64,000 nucleotides of DNA from an uncultured Acidobacteriota bacterium (GTDB taxonomy: Bacteria; Acidobacteriota; JAQAZP01), in assembly GCA_963836075.1 (NCBI GenBank), contig CAWIIB010000008.1, positions 32,001 through 96,000 on the forward strand, read 5' to 3'. The notes beneath the pieces are model-generated. The model worked only from the letters and a program-made list of their open reading frames with translations. It was not told the origin of the DNA and searched no databases. Below, one piece after another: positions 20,592 to 30,126 of the stretch; within the stretch, counting starts at the first letter, position 1, and every line of letters starts with the position of its first letter. The position numbers were made by a program, and so were the translations under genes.

Positions 20592-20747
20592 CCTGTCCCC
20601 GGTTCCCCCTGCCCGAAGAACCATTCCCCCGGGAGAGTTGTGCCCGGCCACTCGCCGGCCCTGTGAAATGCTTCTGCCGAATGTGTTACCATCGCGGTTC
20701 AGGAAGCGTGCGCGCCGTTGGTGACGGACAGTTGTGAGGGGGGACGG

Positions 20748-21812
20748 ATGGCCAGCCGAAAACTGCGGATCGAGAAGATGATCGAGCGTCTGCGGTCCTG
20801 CGACCGGGTCTGGATCGCCACCCACGACAACCCTGATCCCGACGGGCTGGCCTCGGCGTTCGCCCTGCGGCACCTCTTGCGTTCCGGGGACAACGGCGAA
20901 GACAAGGTGGCGGTGGAGATCTCCACCAGCGGCATCATCGGGCGGGCCGAGAACCGGGCCCTGTTCAACTACCTCAATGTCCGGATCACGCCGATGGAAG
21001 AAATGATGCCCGAGAACGACCCGGCCGTGGTTCTGGTGGACACCCAGCCGAAACGGGCGAACAACTCGGTGCCCGGCTGGGTGATACCCCGGGCGATCAT
21101 CGACCACCACCAGGACTGGGGCACCTCGAAGAATGTGCCCTTCAAGGACATCCGGCCCAATTATGGCGCCACCTCCACCATCCTCACCGAGTATCTCCGC
21201 GACTCCGGGCTGCCGCTGGACCGCAAGATGGCCACGGCGCTCTACTACGGCATCGCCTCCGAAACCCAGGATCTGGGACGCGGCCTGACCCGGGCCGATA
21301 TGCGTGCCCACAAGTATCTGTTCCCGCTGATCGATCCCAAGCGGCTGACCCGGATCGAGCGGGCCCGGGTGCCGCGGGACTACTTCCGGGTCTTCAGGCT
21401 GGCCATCGAGCGCGGCCGGATCCACGGGCCGCTGGTCATCTCCTTTCTGGGGCCGGTGGACTACCCCGACATGGTGGCCGAGGTGGCCGATTTTCTGATG
21501 CGTCTCGATGAAATACAGACCTCCATCTGTCTGGGCCGGTACAAGGACGACTTTTTCGTCTCCTTCAGGACCCTGGACGAAAAACTGAACGCTTCCGACC
21601 TGATGCAAAAGGCGCTGAAAGGGATCGGTTCCGGTGGCGGGCACGAGGGGATGGCCGGAGGCAAGGCCTCGCTGGACGATCTCCCCGACGGGACGGTGAC
21701 CGAGAAGGTGGCGCTGCTCAAGAACCGGTTTCTCGAGGTCCTCCGCCTGCCCGAGGGCGAGGGAGAACGGATGTTCGGAAAGCCGGACAAGCCGTGCACC
21801 GACCAGGGGTGA
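20748..21812 (+). CDS. DHH/DHHA1 family phosphoesterase (NrnA-like)
   Basis: THDNPDPDG, LVDTQP, IIDHH, GATST and GGGH..MAGG motifs. Confidence 0.9.
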   Translation: MASRKLRIEKMIERLRSCDRVWIATHDNPDPDGLASAFALRHLLRSGDNGEDKVAVEISTSGIIGRAENRALFNYLNVRITPMEEMMPENDPAVVLVDTQPKRANNSVPGWVIPRAIIDHHQDWGTSKNVPFKDIRPNYGATSTILTEYLRDSGLPLDRKMATALYYGIASETQDLGRGLTRADMRAHKYLFPLIDPKRLTRIERARVPRDYFRVFRLAIERGRIHGPLVISFLGPVDYPDMVAEVADFLMRLDEIQTSICLGRYKDDFFVSFRTLDEKLNASDLMQKALKGIGSGGGHEGMAGGKASLDDLPDGTVTEKVALLKNRFLEVLRLPEGEGERMFGKPDKPCTDQG

Positions 21813-23377
21813 TCAACGTGCCGCCCGTCTCTTCCCATGACACGGTCCGCGCCGCGCCGCGCCGCGCCACCCTCTGGCTGCTGTTGGCGGTACTGCTCCT
21901 GGCCACCGGTCTGCGGCTGCTGAACCTCTCCCACCAGAGTTTGTGGCTCGACGAGGTGGACACGGTCAACACCGTGCACCGGGTGATTCCCTCGCTGACC
22001 ATGAGCGGCACCACGCCGCCGCTCTACTACATCTTCATGTCCTGGTGGATGCGGCTGGTGCCGGAAACCGAATCCATGGTCCGCCTGCCCTCGGTGTTCT
22101 TCGGCATTGTCTCGGTGGCCCTGCTCTTTGTGCTGGGGCGGCGCCTGCTGGGTTCACGGGCGGGCCTGATCGCCGCGCTGCTGATGGCCGTCTCACCCTT
22201 CCACATCCACTACTCCCAGGAAGCGCGGGCCTACAGTCTGATGGTGCTGCTGACCCTGCTTTCCTGGCTGGCGCTGGTCCGGGTGCTGGACCGGGAGTCG
22301 CCGGTACGGCTGGTCATCTGGGCCGTCACCACGGCCCTGATGCTCCTCTGCCACAACTATGCCGCCTTCCTGGTGGCTGCCCAGGTGGTCTTCGTATTGA
22401 TCTGGGGCCGCCGCCACGGGATCCGGCTCACCCGCTGGCTCATCGGCCTCGCTCTGCTGGCTCTGCTCTCGCTGCCCTGGGTCAGGGTGCTGCTGATCAT
22501 GGTGGATCAGCTGCGGCACGCCCAGTACTGGATCCAGTCGGCCGCCCCCGGTGACTTCGTCAAGCTCTACCGCATGATGTGCAGCGACAGCGGCTGGCTG
22601 ATGAAGATCGACCTGCTGCTGGTGCTGGCCGGCCTGGTCTGGTGGCGGCGCCGCTTCGGTCCGGGCCGCGCCGCCTCCGGCACCGGGGACGGCGGGGCTG
22701 CCCAGCGGCACGGCGCGACGGCCCTGCCCCTGCTGGGCACCTGGCTGCTTCTGCCCGTGGCCCTGATGGTGGCCGCCTCCTGGTTCCTCCTCCCGCTCTA
22801 CCAGCACCGCTACGCCCTGGCTCTGCTGCCGGCGTTCCTGCTGCTGGTGGCCTGGGGGGCGTCGGGCCACGGCAACCGGCCGGCGGCGCTGGTGCTGGTC
22901 GGGGTGGTACTCTGTTTTACCGTGCCCGGGCTGGTGTCCTACTACACCGGTGAGAACCGTGAGCCCTGGCGGGATGTGGCCGGCCTGGTGGCCAACCTGG
23001 CTCGCCCGGGAGACACGCTGCTCTTCATCGCCCCCATGGCCCGTGACCCGTTCGATTACTACTACCAGGGCCCTGAGCTGCCCGAGAGGGTGCTCAACCG
23101 CTACCCCAAGGACGCGCCCCGGGTGGAAATGATGGTGATCAAAAATGCCCGGCGGTCCAGGCGTCTCTGGGCCGTGGTCAGCCACTGCCGCACCGGGGTC
23201 CTGGAGGAGATTCTCCAGCGCCGCCTGGGCGCCCACCGGCTGCTGGAACAGTGGAGGTTTCTCGGCATAGATCTCTACTGCTACCGCAGCGACCTCCCGG
23301 CGGTCCCCCCGGCGGACGGCGGGGACCCCGCTTCCGGCCCCACCGGGATTTTACGGGAGGGGAAAACGCACCGTTGA
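21794..23377 (+). CDS. Integral membrane GT-C glycosyltransferase (family 39/PMT-like)
   Basis: SLWLDE, PPLYY, RLPSV and YSQEARAYSL motifs; ~11 TM helices; start uncertain. Confidence 0.88.
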   Translation: MHRPGVINVPPVSSHDTVRAAPRRATLWLLLAVLLLATGLRLLNLSHQSLWLDEVDTVNTVHRVIPSLTMSGTTPPLYYIFMSWWMRLVPETESMVRLPSVFFGIVSVALLFVLGRRLLGSRAGLIAALLMAVSPFHIHYSQEARAYSLMVLLTLLSWLALVRVLDRESPVRLVIWAVTTALMLLCHNYAAFLVAAQVVFVLIWGRRHGIRLTRWLIGLALLALLSLPWVRVLLIMVDQLRHAQYWIQSAAPGDFVKLYRMMCSDSGWLMKIDLLLVLAGLVWWRRRFGPGRAASGTGDGGAAQRHGATALPLLGTWLLLPVALMVAASWFLLPLYQHRYALALLPAFLLLVAWGASGHGNRPAALVLVGVVLCFTVPGLVSYYTGENREPWRDVAGLVANLARPGDTLLFIAPMARDPFDYYYQGPELPERVLNRYPKDAPRVEMMVIKNARRSRRLWAVVSHCRTGVLEEILQRRLGAHRLLEQWRFLGIDLYCYRSDLPAVPPADGGDPASGPTGILREGKTHR

Positions 23378-23402
23378 CAAACGAGCAGGCTCCGCATATA
23401 TT
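23374..23402 (+). promoter_or_regulatory. sigma70 promoter of the lipoprotein gene
   Basis: TTGACA-N17-TATATT. Confidence 0.65.
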
Positions 23403-23475
23403 GGCGGACACCAAGCGGTAAGGTTCCTGGATTCTATTATTTTGTTTATCTGTTGTTATTATGGAGGTTAGCAAT

Positions 23476-24045
23476 ATGCGTGCTGGAGCCGCTCTGATCG
23501 CCCTTCTCTTCGTGGCACTCTTTGCCGCCGGGTGCGCGGAAGTGCCCCAGGCTGAGATCGATTCCGCCATGGCCGCCTATGCTCTGGCTGAGAAAGCCGA
23601 CGCCGAGCACTATGCTTCAGCCGCCTGGCGCGAACTGCAGGATGCCAAAGCCGACCTCGACACCGAGTTGGAAACCCAGGCGGCCAATTCGGGTATGTCC
23701 CGCTCCTATGTCGACACTCAGGACCTGGCGGCCAAGCTGCAGTCCGCCGCCGAGTATGCGCACAAGGAAGCCCAGAAGGGCCGTGACCGGGTCAAGGTGG
23801 AATACAGCGAATTCCTGGTGACGGCCGAGGACGCCCTGGCCGCAGCCGAGGAGAAGGTGTCGAAGATCCGCAAACGGAATCGTGAGAAGGAAAACTACGA
23901 CGACCGGATGGCAACTATCGAAGCCGCCAGGGTTTCCCTGGAACAGGCGGTTACGGAGTACACCGAGGGCAAGTTCTGGGATGCCCGGGAAATCGTCCGG
24001 ATGCTCCCCGAGAACCTGGCCCCGGCCACCGAAGGCCTCGACTGA
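23476..24045 (+). CDS. Ala-rich helical lipoprotein (DUF4398-like)
   Basis: Lipobox FAAGC, A..YA motif, coiled-coil character; GGAGG RBS. Confidence 0.75.
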   Translation: MRAGAALIALLFVALFAAGCAEVPQAEIDSAMAAYALAEKADAEHYASAAWRELQDAKADLDTELETQAANSGMSRSYVDTQDLAAKLQSAAEYAHKEAQKGRDRVKVEYSEFLVTAEDALAAAEEKVSKIRKRNREKENYDDRMATIEAARVSLEQAVTEYTEGKFWDAREIVRMLPENLAPATEGLD

Positions 24046-24063
24046 TCTGCTGAAGAAAACCAT

Positions 24064-24102
24064 ACCGGCGGGAAGGCTGAACGCCTCCTCGCCGGTTTTT
24101 TT
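24064..24102 (+). terminator. Rho-independent terminator
   Basis: ACCGGCG...CGCCGGT stem followed by a T run. Confidence 0.75.
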
Positions 24103-24112
24103 GTGTACGGTG

Positions 24113-24167
24113 TGTCATTGTGAGCCCCCGACCTGAGGGGACCTCAGGCCAGCGGCTCGCAATGACA
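24113..24167. repeat. REP-like extragenic palindrome, copy 2
   Basis: TGTCATTGTGAGCC ... GGCTCGCAATGACA with an internal CCTGAGG/CCTCAGG hairpin. Confidence 0.7.
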
Positions 24168-24177
24168 GGGGAGAGGA

Positions 24178-24999
24178 CTACTTGCCGCCCAGCAGCCGCC
24201 CCAGGGCGCGGCGGATGGAGCGGCGCGGCTTGCCGTCTTCCGGCGGCCGGACCACTCCGGTGACCAGCGCGCCCAGCTCCCGCTGGTCCGCGGAGTCGTC
24301 GACACAGGTGGTGGGCACCCAGGGGTTGAGGGTCTGGATCCTCAGCAGCCGGCTGGGCCGCGGCTCCTGGTCCTCCCGGTCGGGTGGCGGGGACAGGATC
24401 GGCACCAGCACCTGGCGGTTGGCCTCCAGCCGGACCTCGGCGCTGCCGGTCTGGCCTTCCCACTGGAACCGCAGGTCGGTGGTTTCGACGCCGTCACAGC
24501 GGATGGTGTGGATTTCCAGCAGCAGGCCCGGGTGTTTCTCGAGCATCTCGGTCCGGGGCGCGGGGACCACCAGGTCACGGTTGACGTAAAGTTCGGCCAC
24601 CGGTGAAGACCAGCGGGCCGGCAATTCCCCAAAGCGCTCGGGGGCCCACCAGCCGCGGCCGAGGTGAAAGAAACGCCCTTCGCCGGCCAGGAGATACGGG
24701 GTGTCGTGCTCATCGGGTTGCTGGTCGAAGGAGCGTCGCCCGAGCCACTCCGCCTCCCGGGCCCACACTTCGGCCAGCGGGCAGTCCCGGCAGAGCGGGG
24801 GTAAGTGTCCCTGGAGCATGCAGTGGCGCATCTCCCGGGCCAGCGGCGAGTTCCAGACCTCCTCGAAGCTGTTTTCGTAGAGGTTGCCGATCACCGCCTC
24901 GGGCCGCGGCAGGTGACAGCAGAAACTGACCTTGCCGTCCAGCAGGATGAAGGCGCTGGTCCAGGGACGGGGGCAGATGATCGGTGGGCTGCCCTTCAC
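24178..24999 (-). CDS. SPASM/twitch iron-sulfur domain protein with C-terminal beta-sandwich-like domain
   Basis: CPRPW..DGKVSFCC..IGNLYENSFEEVWNS..CRDC; GTGA overlap with the radical SAM gene and a GAGGT RBS. Confidence 0.8.
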   Translation of the reverse strand: MKGSPPIICPRPWTSAFILLDGKVSFCCHLPRPEAVIGNLYENSFEEVWNSPLAREMRHCMLQGHLPPLCRDCPLAEVWAREAEWLGRRSFDQQPDEHDTPYLLAGEGRFFHLGRGWWAPERFGELPARWSSPVAELYVNRDLVVPAPRTEMLEKHPGLLLEIHTIRCDGVETTDLRFQWEGQTGSAEVRLEANRQVLVPILSPPPDREDQEPRPSRLLRIQTLNPWVPTTCVDDSADQRELGALVTGVVRPPEDGKPRRSIRRALGRLLGGK

Positions 25000-26147
25000 A
25001 GCGGCACCTCGGTGGTGTTGATGGTCAGTTCCACTCCCAGCTCCCGGGCCAGCTCGCGGCAGGCCGCCATGGTTCCGGTGAACGCCGGGTCCTGCTCATC
25101 GATCATCTGTTCGGCATAGCGGAAGGTGAAGCCGTCAACACAGGTGCTGTAATCGTCGGTCCTGTTCAACAGGCCGAAGACCGCGTAGCGCGCCCCGAGA
25201 TCGGCGGCCAGGCGGATGAACGCCTCGGCCTCGCCGAGATTCATCCGCATCAGGGTCATGTTCATCTCCACCAGCGGTTTGCTGGAGCCGGCCTCCTCCT
25301 TGATCCGTTGCAGCCGTCGGATGTTGTCCACCACCTTCTGCAGGTCGGCGTGACGGATGCGGCGGTAGGTCTCGGGCGTGGCGGCATCGACGGAGAAGCA
25401 GATCCGGTTCAGCCCGCAGTCCACCAGCAGCCGGGCCCAGGATTCGCTGAGCAGCAGGCCATTGCTGTTGAACTGGGTGTCCAGCGGCCGGTGGCGCAAC
25501 GATTCCAGCAGCTCCCTGGTCTTGCCGCTCACCAGCGGCTCGCCGATGCCGTGGATCGAAAGGGTGAAGGCTTCGGCGATGGCCGGCGCCACCGCTTCCA
25601 GCAACTGGTCGTCCAGGTCCCGGGGCCGCGGGGGCGAGGTGAAGTTCGTGTTCGCCTTGGGGTAGCACATCACGCAGGGGGGGTGGATGTTGCAGGCAGT
25701 GGTGGACTCCAGCTCGATCACCGCCGGCATCCGGCCGGCGTCACCACGCAGAAGGTGGATCGACTGCACCGGCAGGCCGAACTCCCGCGGGTCCGTTTCC
25801 GGTTTGGGCTCCACCCAGCGGTCCACGCTCAGTTCCACTTCGAGACTGGCCCGCGGTCCCCCCTCCGGGGCCGGCGCCGGCAGGGGGAAGGCATATTCCT
25901 CCCACTTCTCGGGGCCCACCACCGACTGGCCGAGCAAAGACCCTTCCGCCGTCACGGTGAGTAGCGGCCCGCCCAGCTCGCCGCCCGGGTCCACCGCCCG
26001 CACCGAGAGATAGGCCATCTCCCCGGCCTGGAGCGGCGGGTCGATCTGCAGCACGGCGGCCGCCCGGCGCTCGGTCCAGCGAAAAGCCACCGGGCCGTCC
26101 ACCTGGTCCTGGTCATGCCAGCCGCTGATCAGTTCGACATTCTTCAT
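24996..26147 (-). CDS. Radical SAM protein with CX5CX2C motif and N-terminal accessory domain
   Basis: IELESTTACNIHPPCVMC, GIGEPL, NSNGLLL and SVDAATPETYRRIR; ATG 26147 follows GGAG. Confidence 0.85.
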   Translation of the reverse strand: MKNVELISGWHDQDQVDGPVAFRWTERRAAAVLQIDPPLQAGEMAYLSVRAVDPGGELGGPLLTVTAEGSLLGQSVVGPEKWEEYAFPLPAPAPEGGPRASLEVELSVDRWVEPKPETDPREFGLPVQSIHLLRGDAGRMPAVIELESTTACNIHPPCVMCYPKANTNFTSPPRPRDLDDQLLEAVAPAIAEAFTLSIHGIGEPLVSGKTRELLESLRHRPLDTQFNSNGLLLSESWARLLVDCGLNRICFSVDAATPETYRRIRHADLQKVVDNIRRLQRIKEEAGSSKPLVEMNMTLMRMNLGEAEAFIRLAADLGARYAVFGLLNRTDDYSTCVDGFTFRYAEQMIDEQDPAFTGTMAACRELARELGVELTINTTEVPL

Positions 26148-26176
26148 CGTCTCCGCCCGGGTACGGCGCTGCGGCC

Positions 26177-27740
26177 CTACTCGATCACCTGGCGCACCGA
26201 GTCGAGCAGTGTGCCGTCGACCCATTTGACCACCGCCACAACCTTGTCGCCCAGCGCCGGTGTCTGCGGTGCGCCGCCGCAGATCCGCTCCACCTCGGTC
26301 TTCAGCTCCTCGATGGTTTTCAGCGGCAGGTCGGTCTTCCGCGCGGCGTCCAGCAGGTCGGTGCGCCGCGGGTTGATGGCGATGCCCCGCTCGGTGACCA
26401 CCACGTCCACCAGCTCACCCGGCCCGCAGAGCGTGGTCACCCGGTCGACGATCACCGGGATCCGGTCGCGGAACGAGGGGATGGGCAGGATGGTGCACCT
26501 GGAGAAAAGGCAGTTCTGCCAGCCGCCGATGCCGTGGAGCAGGCGGCCGTCGCTGTGGGTCACCACGTTGGCGTTGAAGTTCACGTCCACCTCGGTGGCC
26601 CCCAGCACCACCGCGTCGATCATCGAGGCGAAGTTGCCCTTGCCGTGGTAGTTGTAGCTGGTGAAGGGGCTGGTGTCCACGTGGTGTGGGATTCTCGCGC
26701 ATGGAGCGCACACCTTCCAGGTCGAAGGTCTGGCCGTCGAGGATGTAGTCGGTCAGCCCCTCCTCGAGCATGCTTCACCAGGTGCTGGGTGCTGCCCCCG
26801 CGGATGAAGCGGGCCTTGACCCCGGCCTTGCTCATCATCTCCTTGAGGTAGATGGCAAAGGCCAGGGCGGTGCCGCCGGCGCCGGCCTGGAAGGAGAAGC
26901 CGTCGCGCATGATCCCGGTGTCGCGGACGAAGCGGGCGGTCATCTCGGCGATGAGCAGCCGGTCCGGGCTCTTGGTCAGCTGGGTGGTGCCGGAAACGAT
27001 CTTTTCCGGCTCGCCGATCTTGTCCATCACCACCACGTGGTCCACGTTGTTCCCCTGGATCTGCCAGGGATGGCAGGGGAAGGGGATCAGGTTGTCGGTG
27101 ACCACGATCACCTTGTCGGCATACTGCGAGTCGGCCAGGGCAAAGCCCAGCAGGCCGCAGGCCGAGGGGCCGCTCACGCCGTTGGCGTTGCCGAAGGGGT
27201 CGGCGGTGGGCGCGGCGATCACCGCGATGTCGATGTGCACCTCGCCGTCCTGCACCGCCTGGTAGCGGCCGCCATGGGAGCGCAGCACCCCCAGGCCGCG
27301 CATCTTGCCCGCGGAGCAGTAGTCGCCCAGCGGGCCGTTCATGCTGCCCTCGATGTGGTGGATCACGCCCGCTCTCCATGTGGTCGATCTGCGGGGCGTG
27401 GCAGGGGAACGAGGCGCTGGGGAACCAGCGCAGGTCCTTGACCCCGATCCGTGCCGCGGCTTCGAACAGCGCGTTGGCCACCAGGTCGCCGTTGCGGAAG
27501 TGGTGGTGGGTGGAGACGGTCATGCCGTCTTTCAGCCCGGCGGCGCGCAGGGCTGCCTCCAGGTCGGAAACCACCTTGTTGCCGTCCGCCGGGTAGTCGG
27601 CGCAGCTGACGCAGCGGCGGAGCGGCCTTGCGGCCCTCGGGCCGGTACTTGCCCACACCCTGGAAGGGCACGGATGCCCGGCCGTTGACCTCTTCGGGCA
27701 CCAGCCGCCCGGCGGCGTTCTCAACCAGTTTGGCCGTCAT
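26177..27740 (-). CDS. citF: Citrate lyase alpha subunit (citrate:acetyl-ACP transferase); four apparent +1 frameshifts (~27610, ~27370, ~26772, ~26686)
   Basis: STHHHFRNGD, RSHGGR, FQAGAGG, LGATEVDVNFNANV and DVVVTERGIAINP across four to five overlapping frames. Confidence 0.85.
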
Positions 27741-28984
27741 TTGTCGTCACCTCCACCGCCCGAACCCGCGTCCGTTTCCTGCCAGTCCGGGTCCAGCTGC
27801 CCGCCGGCCACCGCCAGCTCCACGGTGCGCAGCGCCCGCTTGACCACCGGCGGGTCGATCATCTTGCTGCCCAGGGAGACCACGCCCAGCCCCTCGGCCT
27901 CGGCCTCGTCGAAGGCCGTCACGATCTTCTTCGCCCGCTCCAGCTCCGTGCTGTCCGGGGCCAAGGCCTCGTGGATCACCCGGATCTGCCGCGGGTGGAT
28001 GCAGCCCTTGCCGTCGAACCCCAGGGCCCGGGCCTCCAGCACGCTCTCCCGCAGCCCCTCCATGTCGCCCACGTCGGAGAAGACGGTGTCGATGGGCGAG
28101 ACGCCCGCGGCCCGGGCGGCGTTGACCACCTGGGAGCGGGCCCAGAAGCTCTCCCGTCCCTCCAGGGTGCGCTGGGTGCCGATGTCGGCGGTGTAGTCCT
28201 CGAGGCCCACGGCCAGGGCGATGACCCGCGGCGAAGCCTTGGCGATCTCGTAGGCCTTGATCGCCCCCTTGGCGCTCTCGATGATCGGCATGAGGAAGAT
28301 CTCGTCCTCGGGCCGGCCCGCGGCTTCCAGCAGTTCCTGACAGCGCCGGTCCACCGCTTTGACCTGCTTCCTGCTCTCGCACTTGGGGATCAGGATCACG
28401 TGGACATTGCAGGCGGCCACCGCCTCCAGGTCGTCCAGACCCAGGGGCAGCTGGTTGATCCGCACCATCCGCTCGGCGCCGTAGAAGTCCACCTGGCACA
28501 GGGCGTTGCGCACCAGCAGGCGGGCGGCGTCCTTCTCCGCCGGGGCCACCGAGTCCTCCAGGTCGAGGATGATCCCGTCCGGCTGGTGCAGGCCGGCGCT
28601 GAGCATGAACTTCGCCTCGTTGCCGGGCAGGTAGAGACGCGAGCGCCGGAAGCGTTCGCGGGTGGTGCCGTAGGTGCAGCAGGGGTCCATTTCGGGGAGC
28701 GCCCCCACCCCTTCGTAGAGGCCGGCCCGGCGGGCCGCCGCCTCGATACGGGCCATGATCACGAAGGGCACCGCGCCGCTGTCCACCAGGTCCACCGCGG
28801 CGTGCTCGATGTCCAGACGGGCGAGGGTCTCCTCGGCCAGCCGGTTGATCGAGTCGCCATACATCGACGCCACCTTGCTCTGCAGCCTGATCTCCAGCCC
28901 CCCCGACTGGCGGGTCTCGATCTGCACCCAGCAGTCGGAGCGGACCCCGGGGCCCTTTCTCCCGGCTGAGGCGGTTGAGTTCAT
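27737..28984 (-). CDS. citE: Fusion of citrate lyase acyl carrier protein (CitD) and citryl-ACP lyase beta subunit (CitE)
   Basis: N-terminal AG....RSDC..I..SKV..MYG.SI...D.GA..FVI.ARIEAA (CitD), then RRSRLYLPGN, DLEDSV, GLEDY, GFDGKGCIHPRQI and KMIDPPV (CitE). Confidence 0.9.
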   Translation of the reverse strand: MNSTASAGRKGPGVRSDCWVQIETRQSGGLEIRLQSKVASMYGDSINRLAEETLARLDIEHAAVDLVDSGAVPFVIMARIEAAARRAGLYEGVGALPEMDPCCTYGTTRERFRRSRLYLPGNEAKFMLSAGLHQPDGIILDLEDSVAPAEKDAARLLVRNALCQVDFYGAERMVRINQLPLGLDDLEAVAACNVHVILIPKCESRKQVKAVDRRCQELLEAAGRPEDEIFLMPIIESAKGAIKAYEIAKASPRVIALAVGLEDYTADIGTQRTLEGRESFWARSQVVNAARAAGVSPIDTVFSDVGDMEGLRESVLEARALGFDGKGCIHPRQIRVIHEALAPDSTELERAKKIVTAFDEAEAEGLGVVSLGSKMIDPPVVKRALRTVELAVAGGQLDPDWQETDAGSGGGGDDK

Positions 28985-29082
28985 CGTCTTGTACCTCCTT
29001 GTTCCGGATCAGTTCGATACCAGGGCCGCAGGGCCCCGGCTCGCTTATTTGCCCCATGGCCCGGCCTCCGGACCACCTGCGG

Positions 29083-29111
29083 AATATATGGCCCAGGGAG
29101 GGTCGTGTCAA
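29083..29111 (-). promoter_or_regulatory. sigma70 promoter of the citrate lyase operon
   Basis: Minus strand reads TTGACA-N17-TATATT, back-to-back with the ssrA promoter. Confidence 0.65.
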
Positions 29112-29133
29112 CGATCTTCGGTGAAATGATCAA

Positions 29134-29162
29134 TTGACAGGAGAGGGGGACGATCCTATAGT
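29134..29162 (+). promoter_or_regulatory. sigma70 promoter of ssrA
   Basis: TTGACA-N17-TATAGT, 20 nt before the mature 5' end. Confidence 0.75.
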
Positions 29163-29182
29163 ACGGGTGACACTTCCCACCC

Positions 29183-29533
29183 GGGGGCGAACTGGATTCG
29201 ACGGGGTTGAGGAGGCGTTGAGTAGCATGTCGAGGTCTTCACCCTCCTCGTTAAAAAGGTGGAAACAAACTTAATTGCCGACAACGAGTTGGCTCTGGCT
29301 GCGTAGCTAACGCATCCCGTCCACTTCCCTTTCCTGCGTGGGGGGATGGACGACATCAGCAGGATAGCGCGATCCCCGACGCCGGTACGGGGTCCGCGAA
29401 ACATCACCGGCTGGTTCTGCAGGGTGCATGCTCGCTCCCGCTCTGCAGGGCGAGAAAACAGGGCGAGCTAAGCATGTAGAAGCTCCTCGCTGACCTTCTT
29501 CGGACGCGGGTTCGATTCCCGCCGCCTCCACCA
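29183..29533 (+). ncRNA. ssrA: tmRNA; tag peptide (A)ADNELALAA
   Basis: 5' GGGGGCGAACTGGATTCGAC; 3' GGTTCGATTCCCGCCGCCTCCACCA; tag ORF GCC GAC AAC GAG TTG GCT CTG GCT GCG TAG at 29277-29306. Confidence 0.97.
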
Positions 29534-29540
29534 GATGATA

Positions 29541-30068
29541 TTAGCTGTAAGTGTCTTCAGGCGTCGGCATCAACCTGATCGTGCCGCGTGCGTGGCAACT
29601 GCCGGGCTTGCCGCTCTCCGACAACTTGAGGAGGGCCAGGACGCAGCCCACGACCGAGTCCGCCCCTTCGTCCACGGTGACTTCCGGGACGAAGACATCG
29701 ATCCGCCCATATCCCGATTCAGCCACCTCGAGCGTGCCCGCATCCCGGCCGGCGGCAATGACCTCGGCTCCGATGTCGTCGGGCAAGCTGCTTTCATACG
29801 GCGGGCACTCTTCAATCTCCAGCACGCGGATCGAATATGCCCCGGTCTTGATGCCGGTGACTTCCACCATCATTTTCACACCGTCAGGGAATCCGGTGAA
29901 GGTGGCCGTGCCGAGCGCGGAATAGACCTCAGGAAACTCGAGCTGTGCCATGGCTACCGGCGGCAGGCTCGTGGCGGATTCCCCATCCGGGGAAAACGAG
30001 CCGCAGCCGCCGGCGAGCCCACCGGCGAACAGGGTGATTAACAACATGAAGCGAACGTGTAAATGCAC
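29541..30068 (-). CDS. Lipoprotein with degenerate Cu/Zn superoxide dismutase-like fold
   Basis: Lipobox LAGGC; GTATF..DGV.M.VEVTGI..G, G.L.V..SG.G, SVVG and RGTI spacing as in SodC but without the His ligands; GTG start after AAGGAG. Confidence 0.55.
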   Translation of the reverse strand: MHLHVRFMLLITLFAGGLAGGCGSFSPDGESATSLPPVAMAQLEFPEVYSALGTATFTGFPDGVKMMVEVTGIKTGAYSIRVLEIEECPPYESSLPDDIGAEVIAAGRDAGTLEVAESGYGRIDVFVPEVTVDEGADSVVGCVLALLKLSESGKPGSCHARGTIRLMPTPEDTYS

Positions 30069-30126
30069 TTTCTGTTTTCTCCTTGATTGGTATATGCCAT
30101 TCGAGTTTGTGAAGCGGCCGGCAGAC

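Noticed and set aside
26177-27740. Programmed ribosomal frameshifting or phase variation in citF and the cytochrome gene
   Set aside because: There are several breaks per gene with no slippery heptamers or long homopolymers, and they follow the same +1 pattern seen across the window. Sequencing error is more parsimonious.
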